Shown: positions 1 to 10,880, counted from the first letter of the stretch. The stretch: DNA of 64,000 nucleotides from an uncultured Candidatus Saccharibacteria bacterium (GCA_964603545.1 CAZRVD010000003.1:4945-68944), one strand, 5' to 3'. The notes: generated from the letters alone by a model not told the origin. Numbers and translations are program-made.

Positions 1-370
1 CAAGAAAGCCATCAGTAATAACAAATTCCTTTTCACTATCCAGATGTATATTTTTTGTTTTTGATAAAAACCAAGGAGATGAAAATGAGATTAATATTCT
101 ACTGATTTCTTTGTCTTTGCTTTTCCAGTATTTATGTTCAGATCCTCTTTTTATTAGATCAGAAAGCATTTCTTCTAAAAGAGAGTTCATTTCCATTTCA
201 AGCTTAACAGCATCCAGTTTCTCGGTTGTAGCAAAAAACTTTTTAGCAATGTATATGAATCTTGGTTTTTGATCTTTTTCAAAAACCACAAGCGCACCAG
301 TCGTTGTGCCGTTTCCAATGTCAATTAAAATAGCGACTTCTTCTTTATTAGAGCTTAAAAAAGAAAACAT
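1..370 (-). CDS. Partial CDS (N-terminal ~123 aa; gene continues beyond the window start): ASKHA/actin-like ATPase-fold protein, Ppx/GppA- or PilM-like
   Basis: Own translation of the minus strand from the ATG at 370: MFSFLSSNKEEVAILIDIGNGTTTGALVVFEK... The DIGNGTT phosphate-1 loop is typical of sugar-kinase/actin-fold ATPases. No stop codon before the window edge. Confidence 0.3.
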   Translation of the reverse strand, partial: MFSFLSSNKEEVAILIDIGNGTTTGALVVFEKDQKPRFIYIAKKFFATTEKLDAVKLEMEMNSLLEEMLSDLIKRGSEHKYWKSKDKEISRILISFSSPWFLSKTKNIHLDSEKEFVITDGFL

Positions 371-417
371 ATACAAATAAGTATATAGTAGCTAGGTTCT
401 AGTTGCTAGTTGAAAAA

Positions 418-2190
418 CTATTCGAGAATTGCCTTGATACGACGCACACCTGCGGACACCGCCTCTTCCTTTATTATTTTAAAATTTCCTAACACCCCAG
501 TGTTTTCAACATGAGGACCTCCACAAAACTCTTTTGAGTAAGCGTTTTCAAGTGAGTTACCTATATAGTAGACATTTACCTCATCTCCATACTTGTCTCC
601 AAAAAAATGATGAGCTCCTGTTTTCTCTGCATCCTCTTTTTTCATTACCACTTTGTTTACAGGTAAATTTGCTTGAATTTTTTCATTTACAAGCTTTTCT
701 ACTTTTTGCTTTTCTTCGTCAGTTAGTTTTTTATCAAAAGCAAAGTCAAAACGAGTCCTTTCAGTAGTGATATTGCTTCCCTTTTGTGACACTGTCTCTC
801 CTAAAACATCCCTAAGTGCCTGGTGGAGTAAGTGTGTGGCTGTATGATACTTTGTTTCCATTTCTCCCGTACCAGAAAGCCCTCCTTTAAATTTTTGTTC
901 GGAACCAACTCGCGAGAGTTCCTGATGTTCCTTCATGTCTTTTTTAAATTTTTCATAGTCAGGTCGTTCTTTTTTTTGAGCAATAAGAATTGAATCCGTA
1001 AGTTCAAACGGAATTCCGTAAGATGTGTACAAAATAAAAGGATCTATTTCGCCAATATATTTTACCCCTTCCTTTAATTTTGATCTAAATTTACCCTCTT
1101 CATTACTAATAATTTCGTTAATCTTTTCTTTATTTAAAAATAAATTAGGGTAAATATCTTTATATTTTTTAATAAAAATTTCAGAAATGTTTATTAACCC
1201 CCCTTCTTCTATTGATAAAGAATCGGTCCATCTTATTGCCATTCTAATTAGTCTACGCAAAATATAACCTTTTTCTGTATTTGATGGTGTTACTCCATCC
1301 GATATTAGAAAAATTGATGTTCTAATATGATCGGCCAAAACCCTAGTACCCTTTGTTAGCTCATTTTCATTAGTTGTTATAGAAAGACTTTTAATAAGTT
1401 TCATAACATCTTCAAAAATATCCGTTTCAAAGACACTTTTTTTCCCTTGCACAACCGCAACTATTCTTTCAAAACCGGCTCCGGTGTCTACATTCTTATT
1501 TGGAAGTTCTGAGACAACTTTGCCATCTTTTGCCAAAAACTGCATAAAAACATTGTTCCATATCTCAACAACCTTCTGTTCGTCGTCAGCTTTTAAGTAT
1601 TCATCAAGAGTCATTCCAGAATTAAGTTCTCCTGTAAGGTCGTAAAACATTTCTGTGTCAGGACCGCAGGGACCATTTGGACCAGCAGACCACCAGTTTT
1701 TTTCTTTTGGTCTGAAGTAAATTCTTTCGCCCGTTACTCCGTTTTTCTCAAAAATTTCTTTCCATATTTGAGCAGTTTCCTCATCTTTTGGAGCATTTTC
1801 GTCACCTTCAAAGCAAGTTACATAAAGTCTCTGTGGATCTAGGCCAAAACCTTCTTCTTTCGAGGTCAATAGTTCATAACTCCAGTTAATAGACTCTGTT
1901 TTCCAGTAGTCTCCCAAAGACCAGTTGCCCATCATTTCAAAAAAAGTAAGGTGTGTATTGTCCCCAACTTCATCTATGTCATTTGTTCTTACACATTTTT
2001 GAATGTTAACCAGTCTTTTGCCTTGCGGATGTTCTTGGCCTAAAAGATATGGGACCAAAGGTTGCATTCCTGCCGTGTTAAATAAAACGGAAGGATCGTT
2101 TTCTGGCACGAGTGATGCCGAAGGTATGATTTTATGACCTCTTTTTTCAAAAAAATGTAAAAATTTTTGTCTAATTTCGTTTGAAGTCAT
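418..2190 (-). CDS. alaS: Alanyl-tRNA synthetase, short form (catalytic + tRNA-recognition + editing domains, no C-Ala domain)
   Basis: N-terminus FLHFFEKRGHKIIPSASLVP. The editing domain has HTATHLLHQALRDVLG and CGGPHV. 590 aa versus ~870 aa canonical. Confidence 0.9.
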   Translation of the reverse strand: MTSNEIRQKFLHFFEKRGHKIIPSASLVPENDPSVLFNTAGMQPLVPYLLGQEHPQGKRLVNIQKCVRTNDIDEVGDNTHLTFFEMMGNWSLGDYWKTESINWSYELLTSKEEGFGLDPQRLYVTCFEGDENAPKDEETAQIWKEIFEKNGVTGERIYFRPKEKNWWSAGPNGPCGPDTEMFYDLTGELNSGMTLDEYLKADDEQKVVEIWNNVFMQFLAKDGKVVSELPNKNVDTGAGFERIVAVVQGKKSVFETDIFEDVMKLIKSLSITTNENELTKGTRVLADHIRTSIFLISDGVTPSNTEKGYILRRLIRMAIRWTDSLSIEEGGLINISEIFIKKYKDIYPNLFLNKEKINEIISNEEGKFRSKLKEGVKYIGEIDPFILYTSYGIPFELTDSILIAQKKERPDYEKFKKDMKEHQELSRVGSEQKFKGGLSGTGEMETKYHTATHLLHQALRDVLGETVSQKGSNITTERTRFDFAFDKKLTDEEKQKVEKLVNEKIQANLPVNKVVMKKEDAEKTGAHHFFGDKYGDEVNVYYIGNSLENAYSKEFCGGPHVENTGVLGNFKIIKEEAVSAGVRRIKAILE

Positions 2191-2191
2191 A

Positions 2192-4000
2192 TTATGATTT
2201 TTGTTTACTTAACCATATTTTATATTTATTTGCCATATCTTCAAAACTTATACTGTTACTAGCAATCTCGTCTTTACCATGAACCATATATATTATTGCA
2301 TTCAAATCAACTTTTTTACGTGAACTTTTTACTGCTTTTGCTTTTGAAATTCTACTTTTAGCTCTTTTTAATATCTCAGGAAGTTTTAGTGTTACATTTC
2401 TAATATATGGATCAGCACTTAGCTTTTTGCCAGTAGATATTTTGACTAGTTCATTGAATGTCCTTGAACCTGCTAGTTTCCAGACTTTTGCCATATCTTC
2501 TCCAACTTTTGGGTTGTCTACTATATATCCATACTTTTCAAAGAAATACTCTCTCCATTGTGTTAAGGCTAGAGTTGCGAGTCCGTAACCGTGGTAGGAT
2601 CCTGATGATTCCCAAGAGTAAATATGCGGAACATTCAAAGCCCCCAATGATTCTTCTGATCTTACATAGTACTTTTTAAAATTTGCTTTTGCTATATCCA
2701 AAACTTTTTTTTCTGTAAGATTTTTTGTCTCATATATTTCTTTTTCAAAATTTGCCACAAAAATAATTCCATTTAGTCCAAGAGGTCTAACTGTGTAAGT
2801 TTTTTTAACAATTCTTTCATAAAGATCAAATGGATAGGACTCACCTTTTGAATTTACTGCATATTTAGCTTCCCACTCAGGACTAGAAAACACTGTATCT
2901 AAAAACATGCTTTGGGTTTCAGCCCAAGAAGTAGACATGGGATAATACTCATGATTTACGCAAACATCGACTTGTTCAGAGTTTAAAAGATGTGCGGCAT
3001 GCCCCCCTTCATGAAATAAAGTATGAATTCCTTGAGTACCAGAACCGATTTGATCGGGCACTACATTGCAAGTAAAGTTAGTTGAACCCGCTAATCTTTT
3101 ACCGTTTTCATATTTAACTAGTCCTGGCCAGTGGCAAAAACCATTGCTGTATTTTCCTTTTCTATCTAACAAGTCTAATCTCAATGTGCCGTTTCTAAAA
3201 TCTATTCCCATTCGGCTAAATGATAAACCCCATCTCAACAGAGCATCGCTGAATTGGAAATACTGGTCTTCTTCTTTTGCAAAACTTCCGGACATCATAA
3301 AACTAAAGTTCCAAGGTTTAGTTATGCCCGGCGTCTCGGTTTCAAGTTTTACCACTTCTTTCATTGCGTATTTAGTTTTTATATGAATCTTATCAAAAAT
3401 AGTAAAGAGCTCCTTTTTTGTCATTCCATCTTCTTTTCTAACTTTAAAATCATAAAAATCACTGTACCCGATAGTTTTAGCGTACTTGTTTCTTAGTTTT
3501 ACTACTTTTATGTAATCTTTTACTAAATATGTTGCTAGTTTTTCTTTTGCCTTAAAACAAGCTTCTCTGACTTTTTCATCAGGATCAGTGTATGTCATTG
3601 TAGACATCTTATTAATTGACGCTTTTACGAATTTTTTTGTATTCGGATCAACATAGCCTTCTTTTCTCGTAGCAAGTTTCTTATGTAAAAAATCTTCAAG
3701 TTTATCGATTTCTTTTTTAATTCCTCTTGCTTTGTCGGGTATTTGATAACCTTCAAAAAATTTTAACCATGTGTTTAGTCTTGTTACTTCTTCTTTATTT
3801 GCGCCTTTCAACAACTCTTTGATTTTTTTTGTATACCTTGAGTCTGATCTAAAAGCATCTCTTTTTGCTAGTGCATCAGCCTTCTTTTTATTAACTGAGT
3901 GGTCTCCCATATATGATAACCAAAAATAGTCTTCATAATTTTTATGCAGTTCAAAATACTTATTGTTTAATTCTTCCAAATATTCAGTCGCTTTGCTCAT
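2192..4000 (-). CDS. M3-family zinc metallopeptidase (oligoendopeptidase F-like)
   Basis: HEGGH zinc-binding motif ([13 protein letters not shown]) in a ~600-aa protein, in the position and length typical of PepF-like M3B peptidases. Confidence 0.55.
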   Translation of the reverse strand: MSKATEYLEELNNKYFELHKNYEDYFWLSYMGDHSVNKKKADALAKRDAFRSDSRYTKKIKELLKGANKEEVTRLNTWLKFFEGYQIPDKARGIKKEIDKLEDFLHKKLATRKEGYVDPNTKKFVKASINKMSTMTYTDPDEKVREACFKAKEKLATYLVKDYIKVVKLRNKYAKTIGYSDFYDFKVRKEDGMTKKELFTIFDKIHIKTKYAMKEVVKLETETPGITKPWNFSFMMSGSFAKEEDQYFQFSDALLRWGLSFSRMGIDFRNGTLRLDLLDRKGKYSNGFCHWPGLVKYENGKRLAGSTNFTCNVVPDQIGSGTQGIHTLFHEGGHAAHLLNSEQVDVCVNHEYYPMSTSWAETQSMFLDTVFSSPEWEAKYAVNSKGESYPFDLYERIVKKTYTVRPLGLNGIIFVANFEKEIYETKNLTEKKVLDIAKANFKKYYVRSEESLGALNVPHIYSWESSGSYHGYGLATLALTQWREYFFEKYGYIVDNPKVGEDMAKVWKLAGSRTFNELVKISTGKKLSADPYIRNVTLKLPEILKRAKSRISKAKAVKSSRKKVDLNAIIYMVHGKDEIASNSISFEDMANKYKIWLSKQKS

Positions 4001-4612
4001 TTACTTAATATATTTTGTTAAAACTTGAAAGTCTTTAAGGATGGTCTCCTTATTTGAGCCATCATACAGGGCGACAGCAGGGTGGTAAAGGGGTATTACA
4101 GCTATGGGACCGTAACTTGCCTTCGCCACAAACTCCTTGCCGTGGAGCTCTCCAATAGGTCCTATTTGATCGGTTAGGCCAAAGTGGTTCATAATATAGT
4201 TCATAGAAAACCTACCGAGGGTTGCGATAACTTCCGGCTGGATAATATCTATTTGTCTCTCCAAAAAAGGTGCATAAAGTTTTATTTCTTCTTCTGTGGG
4301 ATCACGGTTTTCTTGCGGACGGTCTTTTACAATATTAGTTATATACACATCACTCCTGTTAAGTTTTATTGATTCCAACATATTGTCTAGAACTTTTCCC
4401 GACTTACCACAAAAAGGTCTTCCTGTTTCGGCTTCGTTTTTCCCTGGAGCTTCTCCAATAAACATAATGTGCGCTGTGTGACTTCCCTCCCCAACTACTG
4501 GAAAATACTTATTCTCAACTCGGTAATCATATAACGGAGATTCTTTCAACTGCAAAACATCATTTCTAATCTCCTTCATTTTTTCAAATCTTTCTTCAAG
4601 TGTGAGTGACAT
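4001..4612 (-). CDS. Uracil-DNA glycosylase, family 4
   Basis: GEAPGKNEAETGRPFCGKSGKVL (family-4 motif A) and HPAVALY (motif B); 203 aa. Confidence 0.8.
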   Translation of the reverse strand: MSLTLEERFEKMKEIRNDVLQLKESPLYDYRVENKYFPVVGEGSHTAHIMFIGEAPGKNEAETGRPFCGKSGKVLDNMLESIKLNRSDVYITNIVKDRPQENRDPTEEEIKLYAPFLERQIDIIQPEVIATLGRFSMNYIMNHFGLTDQIGPIGELHGKEFVAKASYGPIAVIPLYHPAVALYDGSNKETILKDFQVLTKYIK

Positions 4613-4652
4613 AAAATAAATTTTAAATTAAAAATTTTAAATTTCAAACAAA

Positions 4653-5264
4653 CTACAAATACTTCTTTTTCCTAATAACTGAATCTTCTGGAAACCACCA
4701 ATCATTTGAATTACTGTCCATAATTGATTTTGCTAGCACCTTCGCATTGTCTGTTTTTAACTTACTTATTCCAATTCTTGCCCATTCCACCGCTCGAGTG
4801 TTACCAGTATCAATCTCTTCTTTAAGTGAAATTACCCATTCTAAAGTATCCGCATCTTTCACAAGCACAGCTTCTTTTGATATTCTTTTTTCATATTCGG
4901 AAATAGTTTGAAACATATCACCGCCAAAAGGAACCGAGTCCGAAATATCTTTCACCGCACTGTGCTCTTTTCTCTCAACGTATTTCTGATGAATATGATT
5001 TAGGTCAGAAATCCGTGCTTCGGACAAATCATGAAAAAGACACATCTTCAAAACTTTTAATACATCAACCGTGCCATCCATTTGGGCCAATGCGTAGCCA
5101 ATAAAAGCAGTTCTGTTTAAATGCTCAGCAACGGATTGTTCTCCAGTACCCAGAAAATGAAAACCACTTCTTGGTGTTTTTGCCAGCATCCCAACTTCAA
5201 ACAAAAAGTTGACAATACTTTTATTTGTTTCTTTTTTGCTTTTCTTACTACTTTTCTTTTTCAT
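4653..5264 (-). CDS. HD-domain phosphohydrolase (YfbR-like 5'-deoxynucleotidase family)
   Basis: Motifs H...HDLSE...DADTLE; ~200 aa. Confidence 0.6.
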   Translation of the reverse strand: MKKKSSKKSKKETNKSIVNFLFEVGMLAKTPRSGFHFLGTGEQSVAEHLNRTAFIGYALAQMDGTVDVLKVLKMCLFHDLSEARISDLNHIHQKYVERKEHSAVKDISDSVPFGGDMFQTISEYEKRISKEAVLVKDADTLEWVISLKEEIDTGNTRAVEWARIGISKLKTDNAKVLAKSIMDSNSNDWWFPEDSVIRKKKYL

Positions 5265-5265
5265 A

Positions 5266-6111
5266 TTAAAGTGATTCTATTTCCTCTATGACTTTTTGTG
5301 ATTTTGAACTGTTAAGTCCGATAGTAATAAGTAAATCCGGATTAAGTAAGATTGTTTTACATAGTACCACTCCTTTATCCAATAGCTCTTTTTTCTCTCT
5401 TCCGTTTAGACTAAGCAGGCAGGTTAATGGATGTAGTTTGGACTCCAGTATCATATCGTGCAAGTTTCCTACTGGTGGGTAATTCCAACCTATCATCCGT
5501 AGTCCACCCTGGCAAGAGCCGTACTCTATAGCGGTTGAGGTAAATTTGGTATTGGTGACTAACCAACCTTCATCAAGATTTCTCTCCTTACCATATCTAA
5601 AAGTCATTTTCCTCAAATCATCAAAACGAGCTTTCACATATAAAGCAATCTTTAGATCAGATTTTATACCAAGTTCATTGTGAAATTTTGCTTCAACCAT
5701 GATTAATTTTTCGTCATTCCAAGCCACCACATCTACCTCATGCTCAACACAAAAACCTCTAACTATTTTACCAGTTTCTGCTTTAAAGCCTTTTTGTCTA
5801 AATATTTCAGCCACAAAGTCCTCAAAGGGAAATCCAGACGGCCCAAGTTCCATTATTGCCCTTTTCAATGAATACTTTAAGGCTATTGGCTTTTCTGCTT
5901 TCTCTAGAAGCTCAAATGCGTGTTTATACAAATCATGAGTTGTAACTTCGTGATTTGTATGAGATTTTATATGAGACTTTGTATGCTCTACTATATCTTG
6001 TACAGACCGGCTGGAAGCCCCGGCCTTTTTAAGTGATCTCTCTAGTTTATCAATATCAAATAGTTCTTTTGTTCCGTCCGCTTTTATTACATAGATTTGT
6101 TCATTTACCAT
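5266..6111 (-). CDS. ATP-cone domain protein fused to a restriction-endonuclease-like (Mrr-cat-like) C-terminal domain
   Basis: N-terminus IYVIKADGTKELFDIDKLERSLKKAG is an ATP-cone signature. The C-terminal half has a D...E.K-like core (VDVVAWNDEKLIMVEAKF). Confidence 0.5.
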   Translation of the reverse strand: MVNEQIYVIKADGTKELFDIDKLERSLKKAGASSRSVQDIVEHTKSHIKSHTNHEVTTHDLYKHAFELLEKAEKPIALKYSLKRAIMELGPSGFPFEDFVAEIFRQKGFKAETGKIVRGFCVEHEVDVVAWNDEKLIMVEAKFHNELGIKSDLKIALYVKARFDDLRKMTFRYGKERNLDEGWLVTNTKFTSTAIEYGSCQGGLRMIGWNYPPVGNLHDMILESKLHPLTCLLSLNGREKKELLDKGVVLCKTILLNPDLLITIGLNSSKSQKVIEEIESL

Positions 6112-6140
6112 TCAATCATTATCTCATACTTGAAAATCAA

Positions 6141-7238
6141 TTAAAATATACTTTCGATCACTCCACCACCAAGACATACTTCATCTGTATAAAAAACGGC
6201 AGACTGTCCTACGGATATGGCATTTTGTGGTTCGGCAAAGGCAATTTCATAAAAATCACCTCCTTTGTTTATTATGCAATTTCTTTTTTCTTGTCTATAT
6301 CTAATACGAACCGAAGTTTGTAGTGGAAGTTTTGGTACAATTTCAGAAACAAAATGAAAATCTTTTATAATAATACCTTTAATATTATCAATATTTTCTA
6401 TCTCCAGTTCCTTACTAGCAACCGTAATTGTATTTTTCTCTAAATCCTTTTTGACAACAAAAAACCTCGGGTCTTCTGCAGATTTTTTTGTAATAGTGAA
6501 TCCGTGTCTTTGTCCTATTGTTAGAAACTGTGCTCCGTCGTGGTATCCGATCATTTCTCCATCTGTGTTAAGCACATCTCCTTTTTTTACTTCAATGTAA
6601 TGAGAAAGAAATTCCTTAATATCAATATTACCCATAAAACATAGCCCCTGGCTGTCTTTTTTGTTCGCAGTAGATAGACCAAACTCCTGTGCAAGTTTTC
6701 TTACTTCTGGTTTTGTAAGATGTCCTACAGGAAAAAGGGTACGACTTAACTGATCTTGGTCTAATGTGTATAGAAAGTAACTTTGATCTTTCTCTTTATC
6801 TCTTGATTCTCTCAATTCGTAAACATTCGTATTGTTTTCGCTCTTATATTCGTATCTTATTGCATAGTGTCCTGTTGCGATAAAATCTGCCCCCATTTCA
6901 AGTGCCTTTTGTAAAAAAACTCCAAATTTTACATATTTATTGCAAAAAATATCTGGATTCGGCACTCTACCCCCCTTGTATTCACGTATCATATAGTCCA
7001 CTACCTCTTTTTTGTACTCCTTTTCACAATCAATAGTTATAAAAGGTACATTTAGAGTCGCGCAAACCCGCATGGCAGATAATCTCTCTTCTTTCCAGTC
7101 ACAAGGCATAAAATCTGGATACCAAACCTTCAAAAACACACCCGTTACATCATAACCTTGCTGTTTCAGTAACGCCAAAGCCACAGAAGAGTCTACTCCT
7201 CCCGAAACCCCCACAAAAACTTTCTTCCTTTTAGTCAT
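6141..7238 (-). CDS. mnmA: tRNA-specific 2-thiouridylase MnmA
   Basis: PP-loop VGVSGGVDSSVA, conserved Cys, typical length and C-terminal domain. Confidence 0.9.
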   Translation of the reverse strand: MTKRKKVFVGVSGGVDSSVALALLKQQGYDVTGVFLKVWYPDFMPCDWKEERLSAMRVCATLNVPFITIDCEKEYKKEVVDYMIREYKGGRVPNPDIFCNKYVKFGVFLQKALEMGADFIATGHYAIRYEYKSENNTNVYELRESRDKEKDQSYFLYTLDQDQLSRTLFPVGHLTKPEVRKLAQEFGLSTANKKDSQGLCFMGNIDIKEFLSHYIEVKKGDVLNTDGEMIGYHDGAQFLTIGQRHGFTITKKSAEDPRFFVVKKDLEKNTITVASKELEIENIDNIKGIIIKDFHFVSEIVPKLPLQTSVRIRYRQEKRNCIINKGGDFYEIAFAEPQNAISVGQSAVFYTDEVCLGGGVIESIF

Positions 7239-7320
7239 GAGAATTAATTAATAACACAAAAAATCTATCTTGAAAAGTCAGAACTTTCATAATCTAGATG
7301 AAATCCGACGTTGAGGATTT

Positions 7321-7363
7321 GAAAATGAGAGGAGCCTTACAATTAGTAAGGTGACGAACATTT
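7321..7363. repeat. Intergenic conserved motif, copy 1 (GAAAATGAGAGGAG ... TTACAA ... TAGTAAGGTGACGAACATTT)
   Basis: Matches 15210-15333, which carries an ~80-nt insertion between the two conserved blocks. Both copies sit in the gap between two minus-strand genes. Confidence 0.5.
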
Positions 7364-7401
7364 CCAAGTGCGAAGCTAGGAGTTCGCTAGATTTGGAAGT
7401 T

Positions 7402-8391
7402 CTAGTTATAGAGATAGCGTTCTTTGTTCTTCTTATGCTGATCAAAAGTAATAGCATAATACATCTTCCCATTCTTTCCAGTTAAAAAGTATAGATATTT
7501 GGTTTTTGTTGGATTTAACGTAGCTTCTATGGCGTCTATCCCTGGGTTGCTTATCGGAGTTGGCGGAAGACCCTTATACTCGTATGTGTTGTACGGAGAG
7601 TCAATTTCTAAGTCATCTAGTGTCAACTCTGCAGTACCCTTACCATTTATGTAAGAAAAAGTTGAATCAACCTGAAGTGGCATCCCCATAGAAAGCCTCT
7701 TCCATAATATCCCAGAGACAATTCTTCGACTTTCAGGAGTATTTGCTTCACCTTCTATAATAGAAGCCATTGTTATTATTTCATCCAAACTATAAGTGGT
7801 TGTGGCAAGTCCTGTTATGTTTTTTATCTTTGCTTCAAAAGTATTGTTCATTAATTTTATTATTGACCTTGGTCTTGTGGCATTGGTAATAAAATAAGTA
7901 TCTGGAAAAAGATAACCCTCTTTATTTTTAGCCAATCTCAAAAATTCTTCTTTGTTAAAATCTACCAAACTGTCTTCCAAAAAATCTCCTATCTCAAAAA
8001 TATCCCAACCTTCTGGTATTGTTACTTTTTTTGATTCTGTATGAAACTCTCCTTTTGTAAGTCTGTAGGCAATATCTACTGGCCCAACCTTCTCATTTAA
8101 TAAGTAATCTCCAGCGATAACCTTTCTCTCTCCACCAAGCACAATAACCGCTGTTCTAAAAACAAAAGGAAATTTTATTACATGTGCATCATGCAAAAAG
8201 TTTGTTATGTTTTGTAAAGATTCACCTTCTTCTATGGTTACAACTTCATTAAATGGAAAATTTTCTAGAGGTTTGTGAACATATGCATAAAATGAGAATG
8301 AAACTAGAACAAAAATTGCAAAAAGATAGACGTATTTGTCTCTTTTAGGCAATGCCTTAAAATTTTTAAGAAGTTCTTCCATCATACTCAT
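7402..8391 (-). CDS. mltG: Endolytic murein transglycosylase MltG/YceG family
   Basis: C-terminal DSPYNTYEYKGLPPTPISNPG; N-terminal TM anchor. Confidence 0.8.
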   Translation of the reverse strand: MSMMEELLKNFKALPKRDKYVYLFAIFVLVSFSFYAYVHKPLENFPFNEVVTIEEGESLQNITNFLHDAHVIKFPFVFRTAVIVLGGERKVIAGDYLLNEKVGPVDIAYRLTKGEFHTESKKVTIPEGWDIFEIGDFLEDSLVDFNKEEFLRLAKNKEGYLFPDTYFITNATRPRSIIKLMNNTFEAKIKNITGLATTTYSLDEIITMASIIEGEANTPESRRIVSGILWKRLSMGMPLQVDSTFSYINGKGTAELTLDDLEIDSPYNTYEYKGLPPTPISNPGIDAIEATLNPTKTKYLYFLTGKNGKMYYAITFDQHKKNKERYLYN

Positions 8392-8393
8392 AA

Positions 8394-9662
8394 CTATACT
8401 GGAAGATTGGCTGGAGCCTCAGCTTTTTTAGATTCAATTCTAGTAAACGATGGAGTAGTCGATACACCCCCAGGAAAGTGAAATAGAGTGGCGAGTTCTT
8501 CTGTGTTCAGTATAAAATGTGGTCTCTTGTATGGCCAGTAAAAATGTTCTCGTCTTTTGTATGCATCTAGAAAATCCTGCTTATCAGTGCTTAATGTTTT
8601 GGCATTTCTGTCTTTCCATGCCAAAAGAGGAGTTTTATATTTTGGAGAAAGTGCTCCTGTTGGAGCAAAATTGTTAAGTGACGAGTTAAAGTGCATTATT
8701 CCACCAACAACACCACCGACATTGCCCATACTAAAAACATCTTTTAGGGCAAAGTAAATAACTCTAATACCCGTATCAAATCCTTTTTTTGAAACACTCC
8801 TATCTAGTGCACTAATAGTATCCTTTTCTACTTCAGTTAACTGCCTGCCTGTTCCTGGGATAAGTTTTCCGTCTTTGTCTTTCTCACCTTTTGCTTTAGC
8901 AACAATATCATCAATTTCTTTCTTTGCTCCTTCCTTCCACCTTAAGTCTTTTTTTTCAAATATGTTCCACCATTTTCTGTCAGGATCTCTTTCTTCTGAA
9001 ACATGTGCACGTATTAGAATCTGAATCCAGACCTGGTTACCCTTGTCTAATGATCCCAAAAACTCTATTAATGGTGTCATTGGATCTAACTTGTACTCTT
9101 CTTCTGGGTTTTTATCCATCCCGTAATCAATATATGTCTTGATAGGAAAAGCATCTGCTTTTTTTAATTCAAACTCTGTAACCCACATACTGTTAACCTC
9201 AGGGTCGTAAACTACAGGCAACGTGTAGTCTTCTACTTCATAAATTTCTACTCCAGGATATTGGGAGTAAATATTGGCTTCTATTTTCTTTTTTTCTCTT
9301 TTTTTGGTTCTAATATAAAAATGGACACTACCGTCTATTGAGACTATTTCTAAAGAATGCTGATTTCTAACACTACCCTTCCAGTACTTTTCATACCAGT
9401 TCGCTTCTCCCAGAGTACTATGCATAGCAGCAATACAAAATTCCATAGCTGCAGGAGATTTGAATATCTCCCGTGGTAGTTTTATTTCTAAAAGAACATA
9501 TTCTTGTTTTGCAAAAAAAAGAGCTCTTCTGTATTTAACCCAAAAATCCCATGCTGTGTTTATTAAAAACAAAGGAACAGCAACGTATAAAAAGTAGTAA
9601 ACCACACTCCAAATCTGCCTAAACATGTCACTTCGGAGCACGTCAGTAATTAAATCAAACAT
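8394..9662 (-). CDS. Hypothetical membrane-anchored protein
   Basis: Long ORF with an N-terminal TM segment; no motif I can name. Confidence 0.4.
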   Translation of the reverse strand: MFDLITDVLRSDMFRQIWSVVYYFLYVAVPLFLINTAWDFWVKYRRALFFAKQEYVLLEIKLPREIFKSPAAMEFCIAAMHSTLGEANWYEKYWKGSVRNQHSLEIVSIDGSVHFYIRTKKREKKKIEANIYSQYPGVEIYEVEDYTLPVVYDPEVNSMWVTEFELKKADAFPIKTYIDYGMDKNPEEEYKLDPMTPLIEFLGSLDKGNQVWIQILIRAHVSEERDPDRKWWNIFEKKDLRWKEGAKKEIDDIVAKAKGEKDKDGKLIPGTGRQLTEVEKDTISALDRSVSKKGFDTGIRVIYFALKDVFSMGNVGGVVGGIMHFNSSLNNFAPTGALSPKYKTPLLAWKDRNAKTLSTDKQDFLDAYKRREHFYWPYKRPHFILNTEELATLFHFPGGVSTTPSFTRIESKKAEAPANLPV

Positions 9663-9727
9663 AAAATAATTATATCAATTGGGGACAAAAAAACCACCCC
9701 GCTGTTTCTATGGGATGGTTTTTTTGT

Positions 9728-10765
9728 CTAAACAACACTATACTTACCGTCTTTTGATTTTTTAAAAAATTTAGGATTCTGAAGATTCACCATAATTGTA
9801 TTTTCCTTAACGTATCTTTCCTTCAAAACCTTCTTTACTATCTCCTCTTTAGTTAATGGTCCGCTTTTCTCTAGTATGCCTTTTATAACATCTCTTACAA
9901 CACCACTCATATATCCCCACTCAGAAAGTGCATAAAGTCCTCTTCCAACTAGAACAAACCTAGGATCTTTTATAAGTTCATTGTGAGTAGTGGCTACATG
10001 AGCCTTTTTGTTAAATAACTCAGTAATTAGCTTAGCAACTTCCCTAAAGTGTATTGGAGAGCCATGTCGTCTGATAACTAGATACGCGTAGTCTCTCATA
10101 CCCTTTGCATTGATGTTTGAAGAAGTAGCCTTACCCCATTCACCAAGCGGATTTTTGTCTATTAGTTTTGAAAGCGCCAACCATCTTTTTGCAATTTCTA
10201 CATTTTTATATTTTTCTGAAACTTCCTTAACGTTTTCTAGAAACTTTTCAATCATATCTGATTCAAGTAAAATCTCGTCGTCAGACAAAGTTGAATAAAG
10301 CTGTCGCAATGAATTATGAATCTTTTTTGATAGCTCTTTGTCTACAGACCATCTGTGCTTGAATTCTGTATCTTCTTTTTCTTTTGTAAAATCCTCACCA
10401 ATGACTAGTAGGAAGTGAATTTGGTTTTGAGTAGCCTTATCCTTTGATATGTGTTTCAAAAGTGCCTCTTCTGAAACAGTAGAACCAAGGTCAGTTATTA
10501 GTTTAAAAAGTTCGTCAAAAGCCTCCTTTTCCTTTACATACTCCTTAGACTTTCTAATATTTATAATTGAATAGTTTTCAATTTGTCTAACTCTTTCTCT
10601 TGTTATTTTGTACTTTTTACCAATAGCCTCAAGGGTCATTCTCTTTGTATCGTCACCTAGTCCAAAACGAGACACAAGAACATCTCTTGATCTGTCAGAA
10701 GCAACTCCAAGTAGTCTTTTTACTACTTGCTTTGGTTTAAATTTAATTGGTGTTTTTTCGCTCAT
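9728..10765 (-). CDS. DNA-binding protein with an N-terminal sigma-70 region-4-like HTH and a C-terminal HARE-HTH-like domain
   Basis: LTLEAIGKKYKITRERVRQIE resembles sigma region 4.2. RFVLVGRGLYALSEWGY resembles HARE-HTH. Confidence 0.45.
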   Translation of the reverse strand: MSEKTPIKFKPKQVVKRLLGVASDRSRDVLVSRFGLGDDTKRMTLEAIGKKYKITRERVRQIENYSIINIRKSKEYVKEKEAFDELFKLITDLGSTVSEEALLKHISKDKATQNQIHFLLVIGEDFTKEKEDTEFKHRWSVDKELSKKIHNSLRQLYSTLSDDEILLESDMIEKFLENVKEVSEKYKNVEIAKRWLALSKLIDKNPLGEWGKATSSNINAKGMRDYAYLVIRRHGSPIHFREVAKLITELFNKKAHVATTHNELIKDPRFVLVGRGLYALSEWGYMSGVVRDVIKGILEKSGPLTKEEIVKKVLKERYVKENTIMVNLQNPKFFKKSKDGKYSVV

Positions 10766-10880
10766 AATTTGATAAAAAGCCTATAATTTCATAATGTCCT
10801 TAGACTTATACCGTCTATTTGTATCATTATACTGTATCCAAGTCAAGCCTTGACCAATATTGTTAAAATAGGGGTGAAAT

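Noticed and set aside
3066-3496. Plus-strand ORFs 3066..3386 and 3254..3496, and similar 60-110-aa ORFs antisense to alaS, leuS, uvrA, uvrB, xseA, the ABC-F gene and others
   Set aside because: They lie entirely inside long, motif-supported genes on the opposite strand in AT-rich DNA, with no start context. Ordinary antisense open frames.
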